Shown: positions 55,971-64,000 of the stretch, piece after piece
How positions within the stretch are numbered: the stretch's first letter is position 1
Layout of the letters: each line of letters begins with the position of its first letter
Program-made: the position numbers and the translations under genes
Source of the DNA: an uncultured Candidatus Micrarchaeota archaeon
GTDB lineage: Archaea; Micrarchaeota; Micrarchaeia; Anstonellales; Bilamarchaeaceae
Direction of reading: 5' to 3'
Length of the DNA stretch: 64,000 nt
Assembly: GCA_963804385.1 (NCBI GenBank)
Contig: CAWDQD010000004.1
Location: forward strand, 5,107 to 69,106
The notes under the pieces: model-generated
Seen by the model: the letters and a program-made list of their open reading frames with translations, nothing else
The model's database searches: none
What the model was told of the DNA's origin: nothing

Positions 55971-57377
55971 ATGGGACAACTAACGACCAAGGTAGACGTG
56001 GCTGTTATAGGTGCAGGGCCTGGCGGCTATACGGCTGCCATAAGGGCCGCGCAGCTAGGTATGGAGACCGCTCTGATAGAGAAGGAGAAGCTGGGCGGCG
56101 TATGCACCAATGTCGGCTGCATACCTTCCAAGGCGCTCATCCACGTGGCGAACATCAAGCACGATGCCGAATGCGATGACGCTAAGGGCATGGGAATAGA
56201 CGCTGACGTGAGACTCGATTTCAAGAAGATGCAGGGTTGGAAGGACGGCGTGGTCCTAAGCCTGCGCCAAGGGATATCCACGCTCTGCAGCCTGAACGGC
56301 GTCGAAGTCATCGATGGGAGGGCGTTCTTCACTTCATCGAAGACGCTTTCGATCGAGACCGAAGCCGGATTGCGGAACATAGAATTCAAGAAAGCGATAA
56401 TAGCCACAGGCACCAAGGTGAAGGAACTGCCGGAAATCAAAGCCGACCATAAGACGATCCTCACGTCCGATGACGTCTTCTCCCTTGCCGAGATGCCGAA
56501 AAGCATCCTGATCATAGGCGGGGGATATATCGCGGTGGAGATGGCATGCCTTTTCTCCAAACTGGGGTCCGCCGTAACTGTCTCCTACCGAGGCGAACGC
56601 CTCCTCAAGACAATGGAGCCGGAGCTCACGGATGTGCTCACTAAGAAGATGGTAAAGGACGGCATAACCCTCCTTTTCAAGAGCGATGTCATCTCTGTAA
56701 TCGGCGATGTCGCTACGCTCAAGACGCCCGAAGGAGAGAAAAAGATCGGATTCGACAAGATGCTCGTGGCCGCAGGAAGGATGACGGATCTGGAAGGGCT
56801 CGGCCTGGAGAAGACCCGGGTCCGGCTCAATGAGGAGGGCCTGATCATCATAGACGAGACCTGCAAGACCCTGGATGAGAACATCTATGCCATAGGAGAT
56901 GTGACTCCGGGCCCGCAGCTCGCGCACAAAGCGTACAGGCAGGGGAAAGTGGCTGCCGAATGCATAGCCGGCCTGAAAAGCGCTTTCGACAACCGCGTGA
57001 TACCCATGGCGGTGTTCTCGGATCCCGAGATCGCGTCCGTAGGACTCACGGAAGAGCAGGCCATATCCCATGGCCACAAGGTGATAATCGGCAAGATGCC
57101 CCTCACCGCGACCGGAAGGGCGAAATCCCTGGGAAAGACCGAAGGGTTCGTGAAGATAGTGGCGGACCAGAACGGCTTCGTTCTCGGCGCGCACATGGTC
57201 GGGGTCGAAGCCGACGACATAATAGCCGAAGCCGCGCTCGCGATGGAGATGGCCGGGACCCTCGAGGATATCGCATCCACCATACATACGCATCCTACGA
57301 TGCCCGAAGCGCTCATGGAAGCTGCAGAGGATGCGCTGGGAAAAGCTATCCACTTGTACAGAGGAAAGAAGAAATAA
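55971..57377 (+). CDS. lpdA: dihydrolipoyl dehydrogenase (E3)
   Basis: The FAD-binding site is GAGPGGY, the redox disulfide is GGVCTNVGCIPSKAL, and the C-terminal motif is HTHPTMPE. The ATG at 55971 is preferred over the GTG at 55956. Confidence 0.92.
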   Translation: MGQLTTKVDVAVIGAGPGGYTAAIRAAQLGMETALIEKEKLGGVCTNVGCIPSKALIHVANIKHDAECDDAKGMGIDADVRLDFKKMQGWKDGVVLSLRQGISTLCSLNGVEVIDGRAFFTSSKTLSIETEAGLRNIEFKKAIIATGTKVKELPEIKADHKTILTSDDVFSLAEMPKSILIIGGGYIAVEMACLFSKLGSAVTVSYRGERLLKTMEPELTDVLTKKMVKDGITLLFKSDVISVIGDVATLKTPEGEKKIGFDKMLVAAGRMTDLEGLGLEKTRVRLNEEGLIIIDETCKTLDENIYAIGDVTPGPQLAHKAYRQGKVAAECIAGLKSAFDNRVIPMAVFSDPEIASVGLTEEQAISHGHKVIIGKMPLTATGRAKSLGKTEGFVKIVADQNGFVLGAHMVGVEADDIIAEAALAMEMAGTLEDIASTIHTHPTMPEALMEAAEDALGKAIHLYRGKKK

Positions 57378-57378
57378 A

Positions 57379-57437
57379 GGAGTCGGCAGCCGCATCCTGA
57401 CGGAGGATCATCCATAATTGTGCGGCTGCCTAACTCC
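57379..57437 (+). terminator. long hairpin just after lpdA stop
   Basis: GGAGT-c-GGCAGCCGCA (57379-57394) pairs with TGCGGCTGCC-ta-ACTCC (57421-57437), leaving a 26-nt loop. No T-tract follows, so the terminator role is uncertain. Confidence 0.35.
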
Positions 57438-57571
57438 AGTTCCATACACTACCCGTATCGGCTGATAGTGTTTGGAGCGTGAATAACCCATTCCCCCTAC
57501 CCGATAGGTTTTCCATAGCCAATAATTGCACCAATAGATATAAAAAATATATTATTCTAAGTTATTTATCA

Positions 57572-57632
57572 AGACGGGAAGCCGATCATGGGTTGCACCC
57601 TATGGCTTGAATGCGCTTCCCGTCTCTTTTTC
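57572..57632 (+). terminator. 11-bp stem AGACGGGAAGC / GCTTCCCGTCT with structured 32-nt loop, followed by T-rich run
   Basis: I read this directly: 57572-57582 pairs with 57615-57625 and is followed by ctttttctctc. It could be an archaeal terminator or a small RNA. Confidence 0.4.
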
Positions 57633-57806
57633 TCTCTGATTTTAAGATTCAACGACGTCAGGGCCCCAGTCTCCCGGTTTGCAGAAATTTCAAGAGAATA
57701 TTCTATTTGCCTTCCTTTTAGTGTCAAAATATATCATAATAAGATATAAAATATAGATAAATTATACAAGTATATATAAATCTTACATTATTTATAAAAA
57801 AGTTAT

Positions 57807-58985
57807 ATGACAAAACATATCTTCGCATCGCTTGATCTGGAAAAGTTCATGCCTCTCGATGAGATGGGGATCTCGCCGCTATCCGCATCGATCCATTACG
57901 GCCATGCGGTTTTCGAAGGCATGAGCATAATCAAGAATGGTGATCGGGTCTCGGTCTTCCATCCGTGGCTCAACCTAGAACGCCTGCGCGAAAGCGCTTC
58001 GGTGGTCGGGATGGAAGTAGAATTCGCTGATGACGCCGTAGTGGAGAACATCTTTCGCTTGGCATCCATGTCAGGCCTCCATAGGAAGAACGCTCATATC
58101 CCGAGGATAAAGCGGGCTGGCAAGTCGGTCGGCCGTTTCTATGTCCGGCCATTGCTTTTCTCGGAATCCAATGGTCTCGGCCTCAGCGCACCATCGAAGA
58201 CGCGGCTTGCCACAATGATCCAGCCTATGGGCGAGTACGTGGGCGATGGGAAAGGCATCGACACGATGATCTACCCTAATCCGCGGGTGCTACCTTTCCC
58301 CGGAGCCAAGGTATCCTCGAATTACCAGTTCTCGATCCAGGCGAAGAAGAAGCTGCTGTTCTTCAATATCATAAACGGCTCCGAATGCTCAGAGGTGCTA
58401 TTCACGAACGAGCACGGATTCCTAGTCGAAGGAAGCGGGGAGAACGTCATACTCGTGAAGGATAACGAATTCATAACCCCGCCGCCATCGGAAGGGGTCG
58501 TCCCGGGCATATCATTGCGCTTCATATCTTTGGCCGCGCGCAAACACGGTTTCGGATTCCGCTTCGGGACATTCACCACCGATGATTTGGCTGACGCTGA
58601 CGAGGTGCTCCTCAGCGGGAACGCCGCAGGGTTGATCCCTATACGGAGGATCTATGAACCGGACAAAGATTTCCGGGAGAAAGGGGTCTACGAGATATCG
58701 GCTCATCCTGGCAAGACCATCCGCGCGGTCAAGGACGAATACGAAAGGATGGAAATCGGGGAAGGCCCGCATGCAGCGTTCCATGCCATCATGGATGACT
58801 GGGTGGACGAGAACGAACGCGAGACCCTCTATCTCCGCGCATCTGACCTGTTGCGGAAAAAGATGCGTTCCTCGCTCACCATCGCACCTAAAGCCAATGA
58901 GACCGCCATGAGCGGCCTTTGCGGGAAACTGAGCACATCGAGGCTGCGCGCGGAATGCTTCTTCGGAGATATGGCAGGTGATTGA
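57807..58985 (+). CDS. class IV PLP-dependent aminotransferase-like protein with about 80-aa C-terminal extension
   Basis: Motifs HYGHAVFEGMSI, FYVRPLLF, the candidate catalytic Lys in GAKVSSNYQFS, and EGSGENVILV are present. It is divergent from the ilvE at 49637. Confidence 0.8.
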   Translation: MTKHIFASLDLEKFMPLDEMGISPLSASIHYGHAVFEGMSIIKNGDRVSVFHPWLNLERLRESASVVGMEVEFADDAVVENIFRLASMSGLHRKNAHIPRIKRAGKSVGRFYVRPLLFSESNGLGLSAPSKTRLATMIQPMGEYVGDGKGIDTMIYPNPRVLPFPGAKVSSNYQFSIQAKKKLLFFNIINGSECSEVLFTNEHGFLVEGSGENVILVKDNEFITPPPSEGVVPGISLRFISLAARKHGFGFRFGTFTTDDLADADEVLLSGNAAGLIPIRRIYEPDKDFREKGVYEISAHPGKTIRAVKDEYERMEIGEGPHAAFHAIMDDWVDENERETLYLRASDLLRKKMRSSLTIAPKANETAMSGLCGKLSTSRLRAECFFGDMAGD

Positions 58986-58986
58986 G

Positions 58987-59748
58987 ATGACGAAGACGAA
59001 AAGCTCGGTGGACTGGGCTGATCTGGAAAGCGGCGTATTGTACGTGAGGGACCGGAAACTGCTGAGCATGATAAGGGAGTGCGATTTCATCGATGCTATA
59101 TTCCATACGTGGCTGCACAAGAGAGCCGCCCCTAACGAGAAACGTATGCTGAATGCGGTGATGGTCAGCTTCTGCGGAGGGTGGAGCATAATCCCGCCGG
59201 TGGTGTTCTCTGCGCGTCTGGCCGCTACGACGAGGGCTCCGATGGCGCAATGCCTCGCGGCAGGGTTCTGCGCCGGGGGACCCGCCCATACATCCGCCAT
59301 CCAGAGGATCATGGAGGTCTACGTGTCCACTCCGCTCGACCGCATAGACGAATACGTGGAAAGCGCGCTCGCCAAAGGGGAGAAGATCCCTGGGTTCGGG
59401 CATCCAGTGGTGGACCGTGACCCGAGGCCGGCAGCATTGCGCAAACTATTCGAAGAATCGGGCGTCGGAGGAGACGCGGTCAGGAAGTTCGACAGGATAG
59501 AGGCCATGTTGTCCGAACGCAAGGGCATCCATGGCAACATAGACGGCATCAGCGGGGCGATACTCATAGACCTCGGCTTCAAAGACCCTTCATTCGGACC
59601 GGCGTTTTTCCTTATCGGGAGATCCTTGTCCATGACCGCGCATATCATCGAGGAGTATAAAAACGAGCCATTCAGTGCTCTCGAGATGGTCTACCCAGGA
59701 TTCAAGGAAATCGACTACGAATATATCGGCCGCCTCGAGGGGGATTGA
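58987..59748 (+). CDS. short citrate-synthase-fold protein (citryl-CoA lyase-like)
   Basis: The citrate synthase catalytic positions are recognisable: GGPAHTSA, IPGFGHPVVDRDPRPA and HGNIDGISG. At about 255 aa it lacks the N-terminal part of full-length citrate synthases. Confidence 0.7.
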   Translation: MTKTKSSVDWADLESGVLYVRDRKLLSMIRECDFIDAIFHTWLHKRAAPNEKRMLNAVMVSFCGGWSIIPPVVFSARLAATTRAPMAQCLAAGFCAGGPAHTSAIQRIMEVYVSTPLDRIDEYVESALAKGEKIPGFGHPVVDRDPRPAALRKLFEESGVGGDAVRKFDRIEAMLSERKGIHGNIDGISGAILIDLGFKDPSFGPAFFLIGRSLSMTAHIIEEYKNEPFSALEMVYPGFKEIDYEYIGRLEGD

Positions 59749-59749
59749 C

Positions 59750-60589
59750 ATGGCGAAGGGCGGGTTCATCACGGACGTTCTCTCCATCACGATGCCCAAC
59801 CGCTCTTTCACTGCTTGCCTGGCCCTGATCGCCGGCATGCTGATGAGCGGGCATTTCGACATAGTGTTCCTTGTTTTCGGGATACTGACGTGCATCTGCG
59901 TCTATTGCACGTATGCTGTATTCAACAACATCTGCGATGTCGAGGGGGACAAGATCAATGATCCGCAGAGGCCTCTTGCACGCGGTTCCCTAAGCCTGGA
60001 GTTCGCATGGGCGCTGATGATCACGCTTGCGATAACCGGTGTCGCATTCTCCCTGATGGTCTCGTGGATTTTCGCGTTGAGCAATGTGCTGTATGTTTTC
60101 CTCGGAGTCATATACTCCAAGGTCACAAAATCCATGGGCATGCTATCGTATATGACACTCGTCACGACGCATATAGTTACGCCCATGATGATAGGATACC
60201 TGATGTTCCATACGCTGGACGAGAAGATCGTGTTTGCCGCGATGTTCATGTTCGTGACCGAGATATTCGCGTTCTCCATCAAGGACTACAAGGATGTCGA
60301 AGGGGACAAGAGAACGGGCATGAATACCCTGCCGGTCCAGATGGGGGCCAAGGAAGCGTCCAGGATAACGTTCATGGGCCTCTGCCTCCCCATAGCTGTC
60401 GTCTGGCTTCCATGGAAGATGCTCGGGCTCTCCAATGCATTCCTCGTGATCTATTTGGCCGCGATAATCATCAGGATATCGTTCGGGGCCAAACTCCTCG
60501 CGAACCCGAGCCCTGAGACCGCAAAGACCATCCTTAAAAACTTTCGATTGGTTCTTCTCATGCAAATGGTTGCATGGTGTTTCTGTTGA
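59750..60589 (+). CDS. UbiA-family prenyltransferase
   Basis: Two Asp-rich motifs are present, NNICDVEGDKINDPQRPLARG and DYKDVEGDKRTGMNTLPV, with about eight TM helices predicted. Confidence 0.88.
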   Translation: MAKGGFITDVLSITMPNRSFTACLALIAGMLMSGHFDIVFLVFGILTCICVYCTYAVFNNICDVEGDKINDPQRPLARGSLSLEFAWALMITLAITGVAFSLMVSWIFALSNVLYVFLGVIYSKVTKSMGMLSYMTLVTTHIVTPMMIGYLMFHTLDEKIVFAAMFMFVTEIFAFSIKDYKDVEGDKRTGMNTLPVQMGAKEASRITFMGLCLPIAVVWLPWKMLGLSNAFLVIYLAAIIIRISFGAKLLANPSPETAKTILKNFRLVLLMQMVAWCFC

Positions 60590-61164
60590 ACGCTGATCTG
60601 ATTTCGAAGATGGTGGCCCTGAGCATCGTCAAGTTCGATAATGGAACCATCAAAGTCCGGGGAAGGTTAGTAGTAATGATACCCACGGACATCCTGCTTG
60701 AGATGGAACACCGGCTTTCAGATAAAATCGGGAAGGATGAAGCCGGACAGTTCATCTATGACTGCGGTCTCCACCAGACAAAGACCGGAGCCAAAAGATA
60801 CCTTGATAATAAAGGCGAAATCGCCAGGCTGTACCAAAGATTGCCAGTAACCGGGGATGCCGCTATGGAGATGGGCTGGGAAGTTCTGAAGATGGCCGGC
60901 TGGGGGGACACGCGCCTGACTGAATTCATCGGAAGCGGGGAGAAAGCGATTGCCAGGACGAAGAATTCGCCCACTGCCGAAGCGTATCTAGCCAAATACG
61001 GGAAGAGCGATCGGCCTGTCTGCCATTACCTGCGCGGGCTTTTGGCAGGAGTGGCAGAAAGCGTGTCCGGATATGACTATTCCGTAGTGGAAAAAACCTG
61101 CCGGGCCACAGGTATGACGCCGGAATGCGTTTTCGAGCTGAAACGGATGAAGAAAGGTCAATGA
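60574..61164 (+). CDS. V4R (4-vinyl reductase-type small-molecule-binding) domain protein
   Basis: The C-terminal pattern is CHYLRGLLAGVAE...EKTCRATGMTPECVFELK. It overlaps the ubiA-like stop by 16 nt. Confidence 0.65.
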   Translation: MVFLLNADLISKMVALSIVKFDNGTIKVRGRLVVMIPTDILLEMEHRLSDKIGKDEAGQFIYDCGLHQTKTGAKRYLDNKGEIARLYQRLPVTGDAAMEMGWEVLKMAGWGDTRLTEFIGSGEKAIARTKNSPTAEAYLAKYGKSDRPVCHYLRGLLAGVAESVSGYDYSVVEKTCRATGMTPECVFELKRMKKGQ

Positions 61165-61886
61165 AGCTTGATGCCCTTCATGCCTATGGATATCTCGTGC
61201 ATGCCCTCTTTGTAAGAGCATCTGCGCATCTTGACGATGGATAGGGTCCTTGTGACTCCCGCAGCGCCGATCAGATTATAATCCAAGAGAATCAGCCCGT
61301 CGCAGGCGAATTCGCTGACAGTATCCCTGGAGTAGAATTTCGATGATTTCGCGAGCTCTGATATCATTATCGTGGTGCACTTGAGACGCCTGACCTCGGA
61401 AAGTACATGGTAGAGCATCTGTTTTTTCACCTGGCCTCCGAGGGTTATGGGCGGCCGGTGAGGCGTCTTCTCCATGAACGCTATCAGGTCTTCCGGAAGG
61501 TTCCTGTATGAGCCGCAGTACACGGCGAGGACGGATAGCGAATCGAGCGCAATCCTCTTCGCGTCGAGTTTTTTCACCCGCTCTCCCATCTCATCTAGAA
61601 GCACATATATGTCGTTCGGCTGGAGTTCGACTATCTCCAGGTCCCCGGCCGCGACCGCTTTCTTCACTTCCAGGCCTATGCCTTCCATCTGGTCTATCAG
61701 GAATTCTGGGCGGTTCTCGAGCGTGAAGAAGATCCCCCGCTCCCCTGCTTTGATGCCCTCCATCAGGAATTGCATCGCCATTATGCTTTTCCCGGATCCC
61801 GGCGGACCCGAGATAAGGATCTGGTCCCCTTCAGGTATGCCATCCTGCAAAATACCTCGAAACGAATGAAAAGATGCGAATTTCAT
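61158..61886 (-). CDS. KaiC/RadA-like single-domain ATPase
   Basis: The Walker A is ISGPPGSGKSIMAMQF and the Walker B region is AKRIALDSLS. The size is 242 aa. Confidence 0.85.
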   Translation of the reverse strand: MKFASFHSFRGILQDGIPEGDQILISGPPGSGKSIMAMQFLMEGIKAGERGIFFTLENRPEFLIDQMEGIGLEVKKAVAAGDLEIVELQPNDIYVLLDEMGERVKKLDAKRIALDSLSVLAVYCGSYRNLPEDLIAFMEKTPHRPPITLGGQVKKQMLYHVLSEVRRLKCTTIMISELAKSSKFYSRDTVSEFACDGLILLDYNLIGAAGVTRTLSIVKMRRCSYKEGMHEISIGMKGIKLH

Positions 61887-62022
61887 AAAACCACGAATAA
61901 CAATCTATAAAAAGTTTATAAAAGGCTTGTCAAGCCTCACGACAGTGAGGATTATAATGACTGCATATGGATACATATAAAAAGAACAGCAAAATAAAAA
62001 ATGTTCAACTAAAAGGTGTCAT

Positions 62023-62436
62023 ATGGACGATCTTGACAAGCGGATCATAGATATCCTTCAGAAAGACGCGAGCACGCCGCTATCGAAGATAGCGGATATA
62101 ATCGGAGTCCCGAGGCCGACGGTGTACCTGAGATTCAACAGGATGAAGCAGGATGGCGTGATAAAAGGGTTCAACGTGATATTGGGCAGTTCGAAAAGGG
62201 GCCCCATGAAAGCCGCGAACCTGAAGGTCAAGGATTATTTACTCTCGGAACTCGGCCCACGGCTGGTCTCCAATCTGGGCAAGAAGATCGCCGAGCGCAG
62301 CGAAGTCCTGGTAGCCGTGAGGGTCTCAAGGAACACTATCCTGGTCGTATGGGAAGGGGCATCATTCGACCCCAGGGAATACAGCGAGGTCGTGGGGATC
62401 GAAAACGTGGATGCCGAGATGTTCAAACCTGCATAG
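62023..62436 (+). CDS. Lrp/AsnC family transcriptional regulator
   Basis: The HTH region is DDLDKRIIDILQKDASTPLSKIADIIGVPRPTVYLRFNRMKQDGVI, followed by a C-terminal RAM-like domain. Confidence 0.9.
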   Translation: MDDLDKRIIDILQKDASTPLSKIADIIGVPRPTVYLRFNRMKQDGVIKGFNVILGSSKRGPMKAANLKVKDYLLSELGPRLVSNLGKKIAERSEVLVAVRVSRNTILVVWEGASFDPREYSEVVGIENVDAEMFKPA

Positions 62437-62488
62437 TTCTTCGACGAAAAGACGGCCAAGCAAGGCATAATAACCTTCTCAACGTGAT

Positions 62489-62857
62489 ATGCCCATGAAA
62501 AAGCTCATGGTATTATTGGCTTTGGCTATCGTGCTTTTCGGCTGCACGCAACCTAGCGGTGGGGCGGCAAATACCACGGCCCAAAACGGCGTATCAGGGA
62601 CTACTTCCCAGACCGTCTCTGTCGATATAAAGGGGTTCGCTTTCAACCCGGCCACTATCACAGTGAAACAGGGCCAGACAGTGCGATGGACTAATGATGA
62701 CAGCGTGCCCCACACGGTGAAATTCGATTCATTCCAATCCCAGACGCTCTCGAACGGAGATAGCTATGAGCACACGTTCACCGAAGCGCCAGGCGAGTAC
62801 GATTATTCCTGCGCCATACACCCGTACATGACCGGCAAGGTCATAGTGACCAAGTGA
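62489..62857 (+). CDS. type 1 blue copper protein (cupredoxin), lipoprotein
   Basis: The lipobox is VLFGC, and the copper ligands are ...VPHTV... and YSCAIHPYMTGKVIV. Confidence 0.85.
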   Translation: MPMKKLMVLLALAIVLFGCTQPSGGAANTTAQNGVSGTTSQTVSVDIKGFAFNPATITVKQGQTVRWTNDDSVPHTVKFDSFQSQTLSNGDSYEHTFTEAPGEYDYSCAIHPYMTGKVIVTK

Positions 62858-62861
62858 TCGC

Positions 62862-63086
62862 ATGCTGCGCGACTTCGCATACTCTCTTTTGCTCGGGTTG
62901 CCGATAGTCGTATGGCTGGGGTTGGCCGCGTTCGTGCTGTTCCTGGCTGCGGGTTCGATCATCGCGCTCAACAGCTATACCAAGATCAGGATTCCTGTTA
63001 CGTGGCACATGCGGCTGGCCCTGGCAGGCATGGCGGTGGCGGTTGTGCACGCGATCCTTGCGATATCCGCATACATCAATATCTGA
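62862..63086 (+). CDS. small two-TM membrane protein
   Basis: This is a hydrophobic 74-aa ORF lying 4 nt after the cupredoxin stop. Confidence 0.45.
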   Translation: MLRDFAYSLLLGLPIVVWLGLAAFVLFLAAGSIIALNSYTKIRIPVTWHMRLALAGMAVAVVHAILAISAYINI

Positions 63087-63095
63087 GGGAATCAT

Positions 63096-63302
63096 ATGGA
63101 AACTACGGATCTCAAGGCCAAATGCATCTGCGCCAGATGCCCGACCTATGCCGAATGCGTGCGTAAAAGCGGCGAGCTGCTGTTCTGCCTGCAGGAGAAG
63201 GCTTCGTGCAAGCTGGAGAGATACGGGTGCATATGCGAGGGATGCCCTGTCGAGAAGCTGAAGGGGTTCAACGGCAGATATTTCTGCGTCGAAGCGCCCT
63301 AG
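63096..63302 (+). CDS. Cys-rich DUF2769-like protein
   Basis: The spacing CICARCPTYAEC...FCLQEKASC...GCICEGCPV...YFC is as I recall for DUF2769. Confidence 0.6.
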   Translation: METTDLKAKCICARCPTYAECVRKSGELLFCLQEKASCKLERYGCICEGCPVEKLKGFNGRYFCVEAP

Positions 63303-63658
63303 GTCAAAGAGCAGTTGGTCTTCTGGCCCAGCTGATCGAAGCTCATGGCGCCGATATTCTCGCTGCCGTCTTTGAAGACCCATGTCGGGTACGAGGTTAT
63401 CCCGGCCTGGGTGCAGATCGCGGTCTCCCCCTGGCCGCCCGGAAGCGAGCATTCGACATAATCCATCAGCCTCCAGCTGTTGCCGAACATCTCTTTCTGG
63501 GCATTGCAGTGCGGGCACCAGTAAGCCCCGTACATCTTGGCGCCGCTGGCTGCGACGCATCTTGCGAATGAATCGTATTGCCCGGGGGCATTGGCGTAGA
63601 GCAGGTATGCCGCGATGACGACCGCTATGACCCCGGCTATCGCGTATATCTTGTTCAA
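63299..63658 (-). CDS. membrane-anchored thioredoxin-like protein (VKOR-associated Trx-like type)
   Basis: It has an N-terminal TM helix, and the motif YGAYWCPHCNAQKEMFG carries the CxxC. Confidence 0.75.
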   Translation of the reverse strand: MNKIYAIAGVIAVVIAAYLLYANAPGQYDSFARCVAASGAKMYGAYWCPHCNAQKEMFGNSWRLMDYVECSLPGGQGETAICTQAGITSYPTWVFKDGSENIGAMSFDQLGQKTNCSLT

Positions 63659-64000
63659 GTCATTCTCCTCTTCGTGATGACTCCGATCACCAGGAGCACC
63701 AGGAACCCCGGCCCTATCGCGCAGGCAGAATTATTGCCCACTCCAGGCAATGCCTGCTGCTGATAGCTCAGCGAAGGGTCATCGGGAGATTTGAGGTCTA
63801 TGGTGGCCCCGGTATCGGCGCTCCCGTTCCCGAGATCCGCCACGTAGCGGTTTCCTGAGGCATCGTACTTGACGGCTTCCGCGCTGTAGTCCAGCGGTTT
63901 CACCGAAGAAGAGTAGGCTGGGTTGTTGGCGAGGAATTCCTGCGTGGAATTCGTGGAGACCACATAGGTCACCTGGGTCCCTGCCGGAACGAATATCCAT
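63655..64000 (-). CDS. secreted protein with PGF-CTERM-like anchor (5'-truncated by window end)
   Basis: The frame stays open to position 64000 (..WIFVPAGTQVTYVV..). The C-terminus GPGFLVLLVIGVITKRR has PGF, a TM helix and a basic tail. Confidence 0.55.
   Translation of the reverse strand, partial: WIFVPAGTQVTYVVSTNSTQEFLANNPAYSSSVKPLDYSAEAVKYDASGNRYVADLGNGSADTGATIDLKSPDDPSLSYQQQALPGVGNNSACAIGPGFLVLLVIGVITKRRMT

Noticed and set aside
56334-57395. 353-aa minus-strand ORF; similar cases are 54375-55421, 47179-47964 and 35933-37749
   Set aside because: They are antisense to lpdA, E2, abce1 and the VWA gene respectively, and no motifs are present. I treat them as shadow ORFs.
57588-57750. Roughly 53-codon ORF starting at the ATG inside the 57572-57625 hairpin loop
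   Set aside because: It has no SD or promoter logic, runs through an AT-rich spacer, and has an implausible composition. The RNA-structure explanation is preferred.

Overview
This window is an archaeal chromosomal segment that is densely coding on both strands. The archaeal assignment rests on a 16S rRNA gene with archaeal-type termini and on several hallmark genes: deoxyhypusine synthase, diphthine synthase, ABCE1, the bifunctional FBP aldolase/phosphatase, an archaeal-type GluRS and a Y-family Dpo4-like polymerase. I cannot place the lineage without a database search. The unlinked 16S, the lipoyl-dependent 2-oxoacid dehydrogenase operon and the many small zinc-ribbon genes would fit a DPANN-like or Thermoplasmatota-like genome.

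Main content:
- Housekeeping and metabolism: class II RNR, GluRS, IlvE, LipA plus an E1alpha/E1beta/E2/E3 operon, a NOL1/NOP2/Sun RNA methyltransferase, and a class III aminotransferase.
- Envelope and redox genes: secreted lipoproteins, cyclophilin, a cupredoxin, thioredoxin/glutaredoxin-like proteins, and a protein with a PGF-CTERM-like tail.
- An ABC-2 exporter.
- Two adjacent toxin-antitoxin pairs (VapBC, HicAB), followed by a visibly AT-rich islet of orphan genes that carries a repeated palindromic promoter/operator-like motif.
- One stand-alone 16S rRNA with a long flanking processing helix.
- One intron-containing tRNA.

The best candidate for an undescribed system is a tightly packed six-gene minus-strand operon at 33149-39629. 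It encodes a small orphan protein, a MoxR-like AAA+ ATPase, an HExxH + VWA (DUF2201-type) protein, and three tandem paralogs that fuse an unrecognised N-terminal domain to a GXGXG-type beta-helix.

Secondary candidates:
- A translationally coupled operon at 57807-61164: class IV aminotransferase-like, short citrate-synthase-like, UbiA prenyltransferase and V4R genes.
- A 644-aa beta-rich secreted protein with a possible Cys-His peptidase-like C-terminus, flanked by paralogous zinc-ribbon genes (15976-18442).

All family calls come from motif recognition by eye. No searches were run.
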